Part shown: positions 8,930-17,089 of the stretch, one piece after another | Layout of the letters: each line of letters begins with the position of its first letter | How positions within the stretch are numbered: the first letter of the stretch is position 1 | Virus record (IMG/VR): IMGVR_UViG_3300045993_000138 | Origin: a virus | Lineage: Duplodnaviria; Heunggongvirae; Uroviricota; Caudoviricetes | DNA length: 64,000 nt | Strand: one strand, 5' to 3' | The notes under the pieces: model-generated | Told to the model about the DNA's origin: nothing | The model's input: the letters and a program-made list of their open reading frames with translations, nothing else | Database searches by the model: none | Made by a program: the position numbers and the translations under genes

Positions 8930-9787
8930 ATGAATAAAGTGAATGTGCTAGTCGGCAACTGCGCGGAAGTCCTAAAAACGCTTCCGCGTAATTATTTCAA
9001 CTGCTGTGTGACTTCCCCTCCATACTTCTCACTCAGAGATTATGAAATGGAAGATCAGGTTGGAATGGAAAGTACTCCAAAAGAGTACGTAGATAAACTA
9101 GTGGAGATTTTTCGTGAGGTCCGCGAGACTCTAAGAGACAATGGAACACTCTGGCTGAATCTAGGTGATACCTATGCAGCACAACGATCTGGTACACATA
9201 TGCCAGCACAAACACTTTCAAATGGAAACCATCGTGGTACTGGTGGAACAAAGCGTAGACCGGCACACCGTAATGCTTCTGCAATCGGATTAAAGCATAA
9301 GGATCTGATTGGAATACCTTGGAAGGTGGCATTCGCACTACAGGAGGATGGTTGGTATCTACGTCAAGATATCATCTGGTCGAAGCCAAATCCAATGCCA
9401 GAATCCATAAAGGATCGTTGCACTAAGTCACATGAGTATATTTTTCTTCTTTCGAAGTCTGAAAAGTACTATTTCGATTATGAGGCTATTCGTGAACCTA
9501 CAGTAAGTGGTGGTGATCTTAAGAATAAGCGTTCCGTGTGGACTGTTCCAACTCGCTCTTCCGGTGTAGAACACTATGCGACTTATCCAGAGGAATTAGT
9601 AATATCATGTATTGCTGCTGGTTCTCCAACGGGTGGTTTTGTCCTTGATCCATTTGCTGGTTCTGGAACTACAGGCATAGTTGCACAAAATTTGTGTTGT
9701 GATGCAACTCTTATTGAACTGAATCCAGAATTTGCTGAAATTGCTCGAAAGCGAGTTAGTAACGGCTTGACAAGTCTAATGGTTTAG
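8930..9787 (+). CDS. DNA N6-adenine/N4-cytosine methyltransferase (beta class)
   Basis: TSPPY catalytic motif N-terminal, DPFAGSGTT SAM motif C-terminal. Confidence 0.92.
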   Translation: MNKVNVLVGNCAEVLKTLPRNYFNCCVTSPPYFSLRDYEMEDQVGMESTPKEYVDKLVEIFREVRETLRDNGTLWLNLGDTYAAQRSGTHMPAQTLSNGNHRGTGGTKRRPAHRNASAIGLKHKDLIGIPWKVAFALQEDGWYLRQDIIWSKPNPMPESIKDRCTKSHEYIFLLSKSEKYYFDYEAIREPTVSGGDLKNKRSVWTVPTRSSGVEHYATYPEELVISCIAAGSPTGGFVLDPFAGSGTTGIVAQNLCCDATLIELNPEFAEIARKRVSNGLTSLMV

Positions 9788-9795
9788 GTTATAAT
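9767..9795 (+). promoter_or_regulatory. sigma70-type promoter for the RLP operon
   Basis: TTGACA-17-TATAAT. Confidence 0.75.
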
Positions 9796-9840
9796 AACTG
9801 AGATAGATATTCTCATGTTATTGATTGGAGTTATTTCTAA

Positions 9841-10560
9841 ATGAATGTAATTATTCCTATGGCTGGATTAGGTTCGCGATTCTTCACGGACCATTACAAA
9901 TTACCAAAGCCTCTGATTGATATTGGCGGCAAACCAATGATTCAAAGGGCAATAGAAACCCTAGATGTCGATGGTCATTATCATTTTCTATTAAGAGACA
10001 GTGAATACTTAAAAGACATAGAGTATGCTATTAAGGGAACAGTTCCATTTGCAAATATCAAAGTTATCGATTACATAACAGAAGGTCCAGCATGTTCTGC
10101 ATTACTCTTTGCGGATGAAATCGCTAATGATGAAGAATTGATCATTGCCAATTGTGACCAAATTATGTCATGGGATTCCAGTTTGTTTCTTTATAACGTG
10201 CGCCTCTATGACGGTGCAGTAGTCACATATCATTCTGATACTGAAAAGAACAGTTATGCCAGATTGGACAAACATGGTTACGTAGCCGAGATTCGTGAGA
10301 AGGAAGTCATTAGCAATGTTTCATTGAATGGCATTCACTATTGGGCTAAGGGAAAGCATTTCGTTCACAGTGCCAATAGAATGATCGAAAATAATGATCG
10401 TGCATATAATGGCGAGTTCTATATCGGACCATCGTTTAATTACATGATTGATGAAGGTAAGAATGTTGGAATCTTTCATATTCCAAATGAGCAGCATCAT
10501 CCAGTTGGCGTTCCAGCAGATCTAGAACGTTACATCAAGGAATACCATGCAGACCTATAA
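9841..10560 (+). CDS. sugar-phosphate nucleotidyltransferase (NTP_transferase/GT-A fold)
   Basis: IIPMAGLGSRF...PKPLIDIGGKPMI signature, NCDQ, GEFY motifs. Confidence 0.85.
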   Translation: MNVIIPMAGLGSRFFTDHYKLPKPLIDIGGKPMIQRAIETLDVDGHYHFLLRDSEYLKDIEYAIKGTVPFANIKVIDYITEGPACSALLFADEIANDEELIIANCDQIMSWDSSLFLYNVRLYDGAVVTYHSDTEKNSYARLDKHGYVAEIREKEVISNVSLNGIHYWAKGKHFVHSANRMIENNDRAYNGEFYIGPSFNYMIDEGKNVGIFHIPNEQHHPVGVPADLERYIKEYHADL

Positions 10561-10870
10561 AGGAAGCGACTTTGTTCGCGGCTGGTTCATAGGCGACTTT
10601 GAACCCTCCATATATAAAACAGCAGACTTTGAAGTTGGGTACCTGAGACACGCGAAAGGTGAATATTGGGCACCACACTTCCATAAAGAAAGCGTGGAAA
10701 TGAATTACCTCATTAGAGGCAAGATGGTTATTCAGAATGTCGAGTTGAATGCTGGTGATGTTTTCGTGTTTGAAAAAGGCGAAATTGCAAATCCAGAATT
10801 CCTTGAAGATTGTGAATTGATTGTGGTCAAGGTACCATCCTTGCCAAAAGACAAATACAATGTGGAGTAA
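10547..10870 (+). CDS. cupin-fold protein (putative sugar epimerase/isomerase)
   Basis: HFH..SVE cupin motif 1, GDVFVF motif 2; overlaps upstream stop. Confidence 0.75.
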   Translation: MQTYKGSDFVRGWFIGDFEPSIYKTADFEVGYLRHAKGEYWAPHFHKESVEMNYLIRGKMVIQNVELNAGDVFVFEKGEIANPEFLEDCELIVVKVPSLPKDKYNVE

Positions 10871-10873
10871 ACT

Positions 10874-12070
10874 ATGAATTTATTTAGAAACCTGAGTGAT
10901 ATAGACAAGAGCAAATACTTCATAGCAGAATACAAAGTCAAGAGTACAACTACTCTGAGAGACGCTGCATGGAATATTGCTATTGGTCAGAGCGTAGGAA
11001 ATCCTAACGTCAGAAACGAATGGGAATCTGATGAACTCTTTGAAAACTATAGCTGCAAGATCATTGGTGATGAAGCCAAGCTTAGTACAGTCAAGAATGG
11101 TAAGGTAAAGATTGCCTTTCCAGTGATCAATACTGATTGGCAGACTGATGGCATTAGTCATCTACTTTGCCAGCTAATGGGTGGACATGTAGACATCGAA
11201 ATTATTAAGTCCTGTAGACTTGTAGGATTGAAGCTTCCAAAGAGTGTTACCAAGAATTTCCTCGGACCAAAGTACGGTATCTCAGGATTCCGTAAGTATA
11301 CTGGTCAGTATGACAAACCACTATTCGGAAGTATCGTAAAACCAAAGATTGGTCTTACACCAGATAAACTTTTGGATATGGTAAAGCAGATGGTAGACGG
11401 TGGTGTGGATTTTATTAAAGAAGACGAGATTATGAGTAATCCTGTTTTCTGCCCACTAGAAAAGCGCGTTGGTATGATTTCAAACTATCTCGCAAATCAA
11501 AGTCGCAAGGTTGTATTCTGTCACACAATTAATGCGGATCCACATGTAATAGTAGATCGTGTCAAGTCTGTATATAATGCTGGTGGCACAGGAGTACACA
11601 TCAACGTCTGGTCTGGTCTTGGAGTCTATAACAGCATTCGCAAGCTAGATCTTCCAATGTTCCTACACTTTCAGAAGAGTGGTGATAGAGTCTTTACGGA
11701 TAAGAAGAATAAGTACAGTATTTCATGGTCAGTAGTCTGTATGCTCGCGGGGCTGATGGGCGTAGATACAATCCAGACTGGAATGATTGGTGGTGGCTAT
11801 AGTGATGATGATGAAGTAGAACTTAAGAAGGCAATGAAGATTCTATTGAAGCATAACGTAACACCAGTACTCAGTTGTGGATTTCACCCCGGATTAGTCG
11901 ATAAGGTTACGGGTCTAGTAGGAAAGAATTATATGGCAAATGTTGGTGGAGCAGTTCACGGACATCCAATGGGAACAATCGGTGGTGCCAGAGCAATGCG
12001 ACAGGCAATCGACGGCACGCACGGGATAGAATATCAACAAGCAATTCAAAAATGGGGTTTAGCACAATGA
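10874..12070 (+). CDS. RuBisCO-like protein (form IV RLP)
   Basis: KPKIGL, GGVDFIKEDE (carbamylation Lys/Mg motif), SCG and GGAVHGHPMG motifs; lacks residues equivalent to E60, N123, H294, K334. Confidence 0.9.
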   Translation: MNLFRNLSDIDKSKYFIAEYKVKSTTTLRDAAWNIAIGQSVGNPNVRNEWESDELFENYSCKIIGDEAKLSTVKNGKVKIAFPVINTDWQTDGISHLLCQLMGGHVDIEIIKSCRLVGLKLPKSVTKNFLGPKYGISGFRKYTGQYDKPLFGSIVKPKIGLTPDKLLDMVKQMVDGGVDFIKEDEIMSNPVFCPLEKRVGMISNYLANQSRKVVFCHTINADPHVIVDRVKSVYNAGGTGVHINVWSGLGVYNSIRKLDLPMFLHFQKSGDRVFTDKKNKYSISWSVVCMLAGLMGVDTIQTGMIGGGYSDDDEVELKKAMKILLKHNVTPVLSCGFHPGLVDKVTGLVGKNYMANVGGAVHGHPMGTIGGARAMRQAIDGTHGIEYQQAIQKWGLAQ

Positions 12071-12663
12071 AGAAGTGGCAACAGGATTTAGTGGAAGACA
12101 TTCGTAGCTTCACGACACATGACGATCAAGATCATCCAGATCAGGGTCTTTATTGCACATGGGATGAAGTGACTTACTGCAACTACTATGGTGTAGATAA
12201 TAAGTTTCATGAAATGAAGGATCGCGCAAAGGCAATTCTTGAAATCGGTATTTCACGTAATGGTGATCGTTCCATTACACAGGCATTCTTAAAGGGTAAG
12301 CTAGACTCTACAATCTATGTCGGTATTGACATCGATGATAAGACCTATCTGGACAACAAGGAAAAGAACGTTTTCACAATTAAAAATTCTTCCTCGGATT
12401 ACGAGAAGAATGTGGGGCTTATCAAGTCTTTTGGTGTCGAGAAGTTTGACTTTATTTTCATTGACGGTTGGCATTCGATAAATCAGGTTCTGGATGATTG
12501 GGAATACACAAACTTACTTGCAGATGGTGGAGTTGTGGGCTTGCATGATATCAATCATCATCCGGGTCCAAAGGATTTCATTGCTGCCTTGGATAGTGAA
12601 AAGTGGGTAATAGACAAGCGTTGCCCTGACGATTGGGGTGTTGGATTTGTGTGGAAGAAATAA
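12067..12663 (+). CDS. class I SAM-dependent methyltransferase (Methyltransf_24-like)
   Basis: ILEIG, DFIFIDGWHS, GGVVGLHD; ATGA overlap with RLP stop. Confidence 0.75.
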   Translation: MKKWQQDLVEDIRSFTTHDDQDHPDQGLYCTWDEVTYCNYYGVDNKFHEMKDRAKAILEIGISRNGDRSITQAFLKGKLDSTIYVGIDIDDKTYLDNKEKNVFTIKNSSSDYEKNVGLIKSFGVEKFDFIFIDGWHSINQVLDDWEYTNLLADGGVVGLHDINHHPGPKDFIAALDSEKWVIDKRCPDDWGVGFVWKK

Positions 12664-12665
12664 AA

Positions 12666-13100
12666 ATGGTCATTTCGCATCGTGGAAATATGGGTGGAAG
12701 AAATAAGGAAACTGAAAATTCACCCGAGCAGATTGATAAAGCATTAGCTGCTGGCTACGATGTTGAAATTGATGTGTGGTATATTGACGATGGATTGTTT
12801 CTTGGGCATGATGGTCCAGACTATCTAGTAGATTTTGAATTCTTCAATAAGAGAAAGCAGAATCTCTGGATTCATTGTAAGAACGTTGCCGCACTTCTTT
12901 ACTTCTATCAATTCCCATTTGTCTTCAATTACTTCTGGCATGAGGCTGATACAGTCACATTTACGTCTCTAAGATATATGTGGGTGTTTCCGGGGAATCA
13001 GCCGATTCGCAATAGCATTGCGGTCATGCCAGAATTGTATGATGATGATGTAAGCCAAGCATTAGGTGTCTGCACTGACTTTCCAGAAAATTACGAATGA
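12666..13100 (+). CDS. glycerophosphodiester phosphodiesterase/PLC-like protein
   Basis: ISHRG, ENS, DVEIDVW, LGHD motifs. Confidence 0.8.
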   Translation: MVISHRGNMGGRNKETENSPEQIDKALAAGYDVEIDVWYIDDGLFLGHDGPDYLVDFEFFNKRKQNLWIHCKNVAALLYFYQFPFVFNYFWHEADTVTFTSLRYMWVFPGNQPIRNSIAVMPELYDDDVSQALGVCTDFPENYE

Positions 13101-13828
13101 GAACAGCATTAATATTGAGTGGGCAGATTCGCAGCGCAAGAGATTGCTACGCGAACACAAAAAAGTATTTAATAGATCAGTATAATGCTGATGTATTCAT
13201 TTCCACATGGACTCCAACATCGAATGTCGTTGCTGCATTGGGTAATGCATTTACCAATGACATTTCTATGGATGAAATGTTTGATATGTACAGACCAAAG
13301 GCATGTATCATAGAAGAATTCGACACACTGCCAATGCTTAGAAAGCTGCGACTGAATATCGATGTTTACAATAACAAAACTGCGTATGATGGAACTTGGG
13401 TAGAAGAGACGAACATAGAGAATGTGTTCTTACAGAATTTCAGAAGGGCACAAGGGTTTGAACTTTTACACAATTACTCCAATGATAATGATGTGTGCTA
13501 TGAGCGTGTTATTCTGAGCAGGTTTGATTTAGACATTCATACATTTCCAATCATAGAACCAGAGAATAATGAAATTTGGATTCCAACAGGTCCAAATGTG
13601 GATAGTCCAGAATACCACTATGGCGGCATTCGCGACTTGATGGCAATAGGAGGACAGAATGAAATGTCATACTATTGTGACCTATACAATCATCTGAACT
13701 TTTATGTTCGCCAATGTGAATTTGGACTTCATCCAGAATCGATCATCAGAAGGCATTTAGAAAGATATGGATTCAAGATCAAGCGTTTTCCAATGGAATC
13801 CAGCCTACGCGGAAATCCGGTTCTTTAA
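13097..13828 (+). CDS. putative glycosyltransferase-like protein
   Basis: ALILSGQIRS, DVFISTW, SRFDL, HPE pattern resembling glycan-locus proteins (recognised from memory). Confidence 0.55.
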   Translation: MRTALILSGQIRSARDCYANTKKYLIDQYNADVFISTWTPTSNVVAALGNAFTNDISMDEMFDMYRPKACIIEEFDTLPMLRKLRLNIDVYNNKTAYDGTWVEETNIENVFLQNFRRAQGFELLHNYSNDNDVCYERVILSRFDLDIHTFPIIEPENNEIWIPTGPNVDSPEYHYGGIRDLMAIGGQNEMSYYCDLYNHLNFYVRQCEFGLHPESIIRRHLERYGFKIKRFPMESSLRGNPVL

Positions 13829-13832
13829 TAGC

Positions 13833-13861
13833 TTGCTATTAAGAAACTAGTATGGTATACT
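13833..13861 (+). promoter_or_regulatory. sigma70-type promoter
   Basis: TTGCTA-17-TATACT. Confidence 0.55.
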
Positions 13862-13991
13862 GTTACACAGAGAGGTAGATAATGTTTCATTACAAAGAGA
13901 AGTATCAGAAGCATCTGGACGTAATATTGGGATTCGCAATGCTTGTTGCGGTAATTATATTGATTTATGGATTCTTTAAGAGGATTTGATT

Positions 13992-14225
13992 ATGAATTGT
14001 GTAAGTGAGTTTGTAGAGATCATTGAATCTAAGAATCGTAAGTACGATAGTCTTTCTAAGTCGTATGATGAACTCTACGATAGATTCCAGTGGCTTTTGA
14101 AGAATGTTGTCGAAAGCGAAGATGGTGTATTTACCTTTCCAGATGGTGAATTTTACGTTTGCAAGGAAAGGATTGTACAGAAGTACAGAGAAGCGTCCGA
14201 TATTGGATTTGGAGTAAAGTCATGA
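13992..14225 (+). CDS. hypothetical protein
   Basis: aagagga RBS, ATG 13992. Confidence 0.55.
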   Translation: MNCVSEFVEIIESKNRKYDSLSKSYDELYDRFQWLLKNVVESEDGVFTFPDGEFYVCKERIVQKYREASDIGFGVKS

Positions 14226-14575
14226 GTGATGAAGAAAGCATGAAGCAATTTGATCTTGAGCAATCTATCATGGATTGTTGGGACATTACAGAAGATCTTG
14301 ATACTCTATTAGAGGCAGTCATCGAACATCCAGATTTTGACAAGGATAAGATTTCGAATGTCCTGATGGGTGTGACAGAACTATACAATCTAAAGTTCGA
14401 CAAGTGTTTCCGTAATTTCGAAGCGTTCCTAAAGGACTACTACGAATTAAGAAACAGACTGGAAGAGATTGAGAGTGATAAGGGTGGATACATTCGCGGG
14501 TATAGAGCGAGTGGTGAAAATCGTCCACCAGTGAATTTTGATGATGATCTGGACGATATCGATCTAGAACAGTAA
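14222..14575 (+). CDS. hypothetical acidic protein
   Basis: ATG 14222 overlapping upstream stop. Confidence 0.65.
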   Translation: MSDEESMKQFDLEQSIMDCWDITEDLDTLLEAVIEHPDFDKDKISNVLMGVTELYNLKFDKCFRNFEAFLKDYYELRNRLEEIESDKGGYIRGYRASGENRPPVNFDDDLDDIDLEQ

Positions 14576-14639
14576 CGCTAAGTACTTGATAGAAAAGGGT
14601 GGTCCTGTAAGTGCTTGAAATATTAAGGATTTTTGGCAC

Positions 14640-14668
14640 TTGACTTTTAAGGTAGGATCACGTAGAAT
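14640..14668 (+). promoter_or_regulatory. sigma70-type promoter
   Basis: TTGACT-17-TAGAAT preceded by two TAAGT-N2-TTGA motifs (14579, 14608). Confidence 0.65.
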
Positions 14669-14693
14669 GATTCTTGTCGGTTGAGGAAATCGA

Positions 14694-14915
14694 ATGAAGG
14701 TTGAAGAACTGAAAGAGGTTTTAGAAGAGAACGAGATACTGTATAGATTCAACGATACGCTTCGCCTATGGCAAGTAATGATTGACGATGTGATTGTCTA
14801 CATTGCACCAAAGACGCTGGAGTTATTGAACATCGATGAATTCGGTGTCTACCTATCTACACAGATGATGTTAGGAATTGCAAATATTTCACAAAAAGAG
14901 ATAACTCTTCACTGA
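14694..14915 (+). CDS. hypothetical protein
   Basis: gagga RBS, 73 aa. Confidence 0.6.
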   Translation: MKVEELKEVLEENEILYRFNDTLRLWQVMIDDVIVYIAPKTLELLNIDEFGVYLSTQMMLGIANISQKEITLH

Positions 14916-14922
14916 AATTTGC

Positions 14923-14951
14923 TTGACTTTTACAAAAGTTTGCTATATAAT
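14923..14951 (+). promoter_or_regulatory. sigma70-type promoter for the RNA island
   Basis: TTGACT-17-TATAAT upstream of the hammerhead and tRNA array. Confidence 0.75.
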
Positions 14952-15252
14952 GTATAGACTGAGTAATTTTTAGGTTCAAACTGTTAGGAAATGATTAGGA
15001 AAATGTTCAAACGAGATACACATAGTTATTTTATTCCCGCCATACAAGGAGGGAATAGTTATCCCTACCTGATGGGATTAAAATATCAGGTATCTGCGAA
15101 CTAGTTTTCCAGATCAGCTTTTTAACAACATAACGTATAATTCGGCTAACTAGCCGCCAGTCTATCAGCATTCTGCTACAGACTAGATCATGCCCATCGG
15201 GTGTGTTCTCCAAGACGCATAGCGACTTGGTAAGTGCTAGTCATTATTTAAA

Positions 15253-15335
15253 CGTCTCTGACGAGCCAGTGAAATTCTGGCGAAACATGCGGCTGTGCTG
15301 AGAGTCAAAGTATTCTCGCCAGTCGGTGTCAGACG
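15253..15335 (+). ncRNA. type I hammerhead ribozyme
   Basis: stem I CGTCT/AGACG, core CTGACGA 15258-64, stem II GCCAG/CTGGC, GAAAC 15282-86, long stem III hairpin, GTC cleavage triplet 15328-30. Confidence 0.85.
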
Positions 15336-15503
15336 CCAATACTACCTAGTGGTGCGGTATTGGGAGTTGGTCGAGTTGTTGGAAACTTCACGATGCGAAT
15401 CGCAGAGTAACCGAAAATCGACGGTGTTCCGAGGTTAGACATATCCGATAGCATTGGTACCAAGTGCGTGTAGGCATCCAACGAACGAACCACGCATTTT
15501 AAT

Positions 15504-15578
15504 GCGTCCATAGTATAAAGGCTATTATGAGTGCCTTCCAAGCACATGATGCGAGTTCGATTCTCGCTGGACGCTCCA
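15504..15578 (+). tRNA. tRNA-Gly(TCC)
   Basis: cloverleaf, loop CTTCCAA, TTCG T-loop, CCA. Confidence 0.9.
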
Positions 15579-15585
15579 AGTTTAT

Positions 15586-15661
15586 TGGTAGGTGACTAGA
15601 GTGGTAATAGCCGCGACTGTTAATCGCGTATTCACAGGTTCGATCCCTGTCCTACCAGCCA
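15586..15661 (+). tRNA. tRNA-Asn(GTT)
   Basis: loop CTGTTAA, CCA. Confidence 0.9.
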
Positions 15662-15667
15662 ATTTAA

Positions 15668-16040
15668 CGTGATGGAAATGTGGGTTAAAATCCCGCAAGG
15701 GCAACTATACTGCTTGATGGTCTAAAGACTAAGACTCCATCCATTTATTCGACTACGCTGAGTAATCGCGAGTCAAACGATATCCCACTGATTACACTAA
15801 ATTGTGGGGCGTGTATGATGGAGGAAGGGCATTCCATCAATAAAAAAGCAACCCGTCCGTGCGATAGCAATGACCCACGGCGCAGAAGATACATAAGGTA
15901 GTGATACGAGGGAAATCCCCTATCACAATGAGAAATGTATCGATTGACTCGCTGCGAAATGAACGAGAGTCTAACCATGATCGTAGTTGCCTACGGAAGA
16001 GGGACTGATCCAGTCAGTTCAAAACGGCATCAACTGGAAG
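15668..16040 (+). ncRNA. unassigned large structured RNA
   Basis: long-range helices 15700-07/15984-91, 15768-76/15944-52, 15714-20/15834-40, 15735-41/15817-23, 15888-94/15935-41; no plausible + strand ORF. Confidence 0.6.
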
Positions 16041-16045
16041 TTTTC

Positions 16046-16120
16046 GGGGAATTAGTATAATGGCTATTACTGTGCGTTTGCAACGCATTGACGAGGGTTC
16101 GACTCCCTCATTCTCCACCA
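16046..16120 (+). tRNA. tRNA-Ala(TGC)
   Basis: loop TTTGCAA, G3:U70, CCA. Confidence 0.9.
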
Positions 16121-16126
16121 ATTTTC

Positions 16127-16212
16127 GGGTGAACGGTAACGACGGCGAGTTACACCAGACTGTAAATCTGATGCCTCCGGCTCAGTAGGTTCGAATCCTA
16201 CTTCACCCACCA
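16127..16212 (+). tRNA. tRNA-Tyr(GTA)
   Basis: loop CTGTAAA, long V arm, CCA. Confidence 0.88.
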
Positions 16213-16314
16213 ATATGAAAAACAGGGCTTGCCCTGCTGTGTAAGGAAGTGTCTCTTGTAGAATTACTCCAAGTCAGCCGTTTGAGAGGGCACCGATACC
16301 CTTCTCGCCTTTTC

Positions 16315-16389
16315 GGGGAATGTGCTAGGAACACGGATTTGCCTTGCAAGCAGATTGCCAGATCGGAGCGTAACCGATATTCTCCACCA
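16315..16389 (+). tRNA. atypical tRNA-Ala(TGC)
   Basis: GGGGAAT/ATTCTCC-ACCA, loop CTTGCAA, T-loop AGCGTAA. Confidence 0.7.
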
Positions 16390-16397
16390 ATTTACTT

Positions 16398-16474
16398 GGG
16401 TCCGTAGCTCAAATGGACAGAGCAGCAGACTTTTAATCTGAAGGCTGTGGGATCGTACCCCACTGGACCCACCA
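16398..16474 (+). tRNA. tRNA-Lys(TTT)
   Basis: loop CTTTTAA, T-loop ATCGTAC, CCA. Confidence 0.85.
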
Positions 16475-16662
16475 AGTTTTGTTGAGAGTAGATGTCGAGA
16501 AATCTGTCGCCTAATTAGCGGCAAGAAAGATGAGGTTTCCCAGTGGGATCGGCTGCATCAAGTATTGACTATTACTGCGTACCACTAACCCTGCGCGCTT
16601 TATTACAAGGGAAAAATGGTTTCGAATATAGGTGGCGAAACGTCTCAACAAATTTATTTTAT

Positions 16663-16741
16663 CTGAGTGTGGGCTAATTGGCAAAGCTACCTGATTTGGA
16701 GTCAGGACATCATGTAGGTTCAAGTCCTACCATTCAGACCA
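16663..16741 (+). tRNA. tRNA-Pro(TGG)
   Basis: loop TTTGGAG, CCA. Confidence 0.9.
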
Positions 16742-16746
16742 ATTTT

Positions 16747-16849
16747 GCGTCGGCAAGTGAGAGGGCAATTTAGGTGTGCTCAAACCAAGTAACATGGATC
16801 CAATGTGAAAGGTATCTTTCTGTAGGTTCAAATCCTACCTGATGCTCCA
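16747..16849 (+). tRNA. tRNA-like RNA, anticodon undetermined
   Basis: acceptor GCGTCGG/CTGATGC-TCCA and canonical T arm, irregular middle. Confidence 0.5.
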
Positions 16850-16857
16850 AGTTTTAT

Positions 16858-16952
16858 CCCCGATAGCACAGGCGTGCGGGTGGGTTTTATAAACCCGCGA
16901 GAGTTGCCAGATTAGCGACAACGGGAAGGATCGTTACCTTCATCGGGGACCA
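16858..16952 (+). tRNA. tRNA with UAU anticodon and long variable arm
   Basis: CCCCGAT/ATCGGGG-ACCA, loop TTTATAA, ~26 nt V region, T-loop ATCGTTA. Confidence 0.7.
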
Positions 16953-16958
16953 AATTAT

Positions 16959-16987
16959 TTGACATTTAAAGAAATGTCCTATATAAT
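16959..16987 (+). promoter_or_regulatory. sigma70-type internal promoter
   Basis: TTGACA-17-TATAAT just before tRNA-Pro(GGG). Confidence 0.7.
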
Positions 16988-16996
16988 AGATCATAT

Positions 16997-17072
16997 CAGG
17001 GTGTAGCTCAATTGGTAGAGCGCAACGTTTGGGGCGTTGATGTTAAGAGTTCGAGTCCCTTCATCCTGACCA
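16997..17072 (+). tRNA. tRNA-Pro(GGG)
   Basis: loop TTGGGGC, CCA. Confidence 0.88.
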
Positions 17073-17089
17073 ATTTAAAGTGAGAAATT

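Noticed and set aside
10874-12070. Bona fide CO2-fixing RuBisCO large subunit
   Set aside because: Lacks equivalents of E60, N123, H294, H327 and loop-6 K334; no small subunit or PRK nearby. Called form IV RLP instead.
15130-15240. Group I intron (ATCAGCA and ACAGACTAGA resemble the Q and R motifs)
   Set aside because: Motifs are too close together, there is no convincing P3/P7/S element and no interrupted gene.
16478-16652. Second hammerhead (GAAAC-GTC near 16637)
   Set aside because: No CUGANGA core in the required position.
16747-16849. Opal suppressor or Sec tRNA (TCA in the loop region)
   Set aside because: No 7-nt loop with U33. No CTA/TTA/TCA anticodon tRNA was found, and core genes end normally at all three stop codons, so no recoding is inferred.
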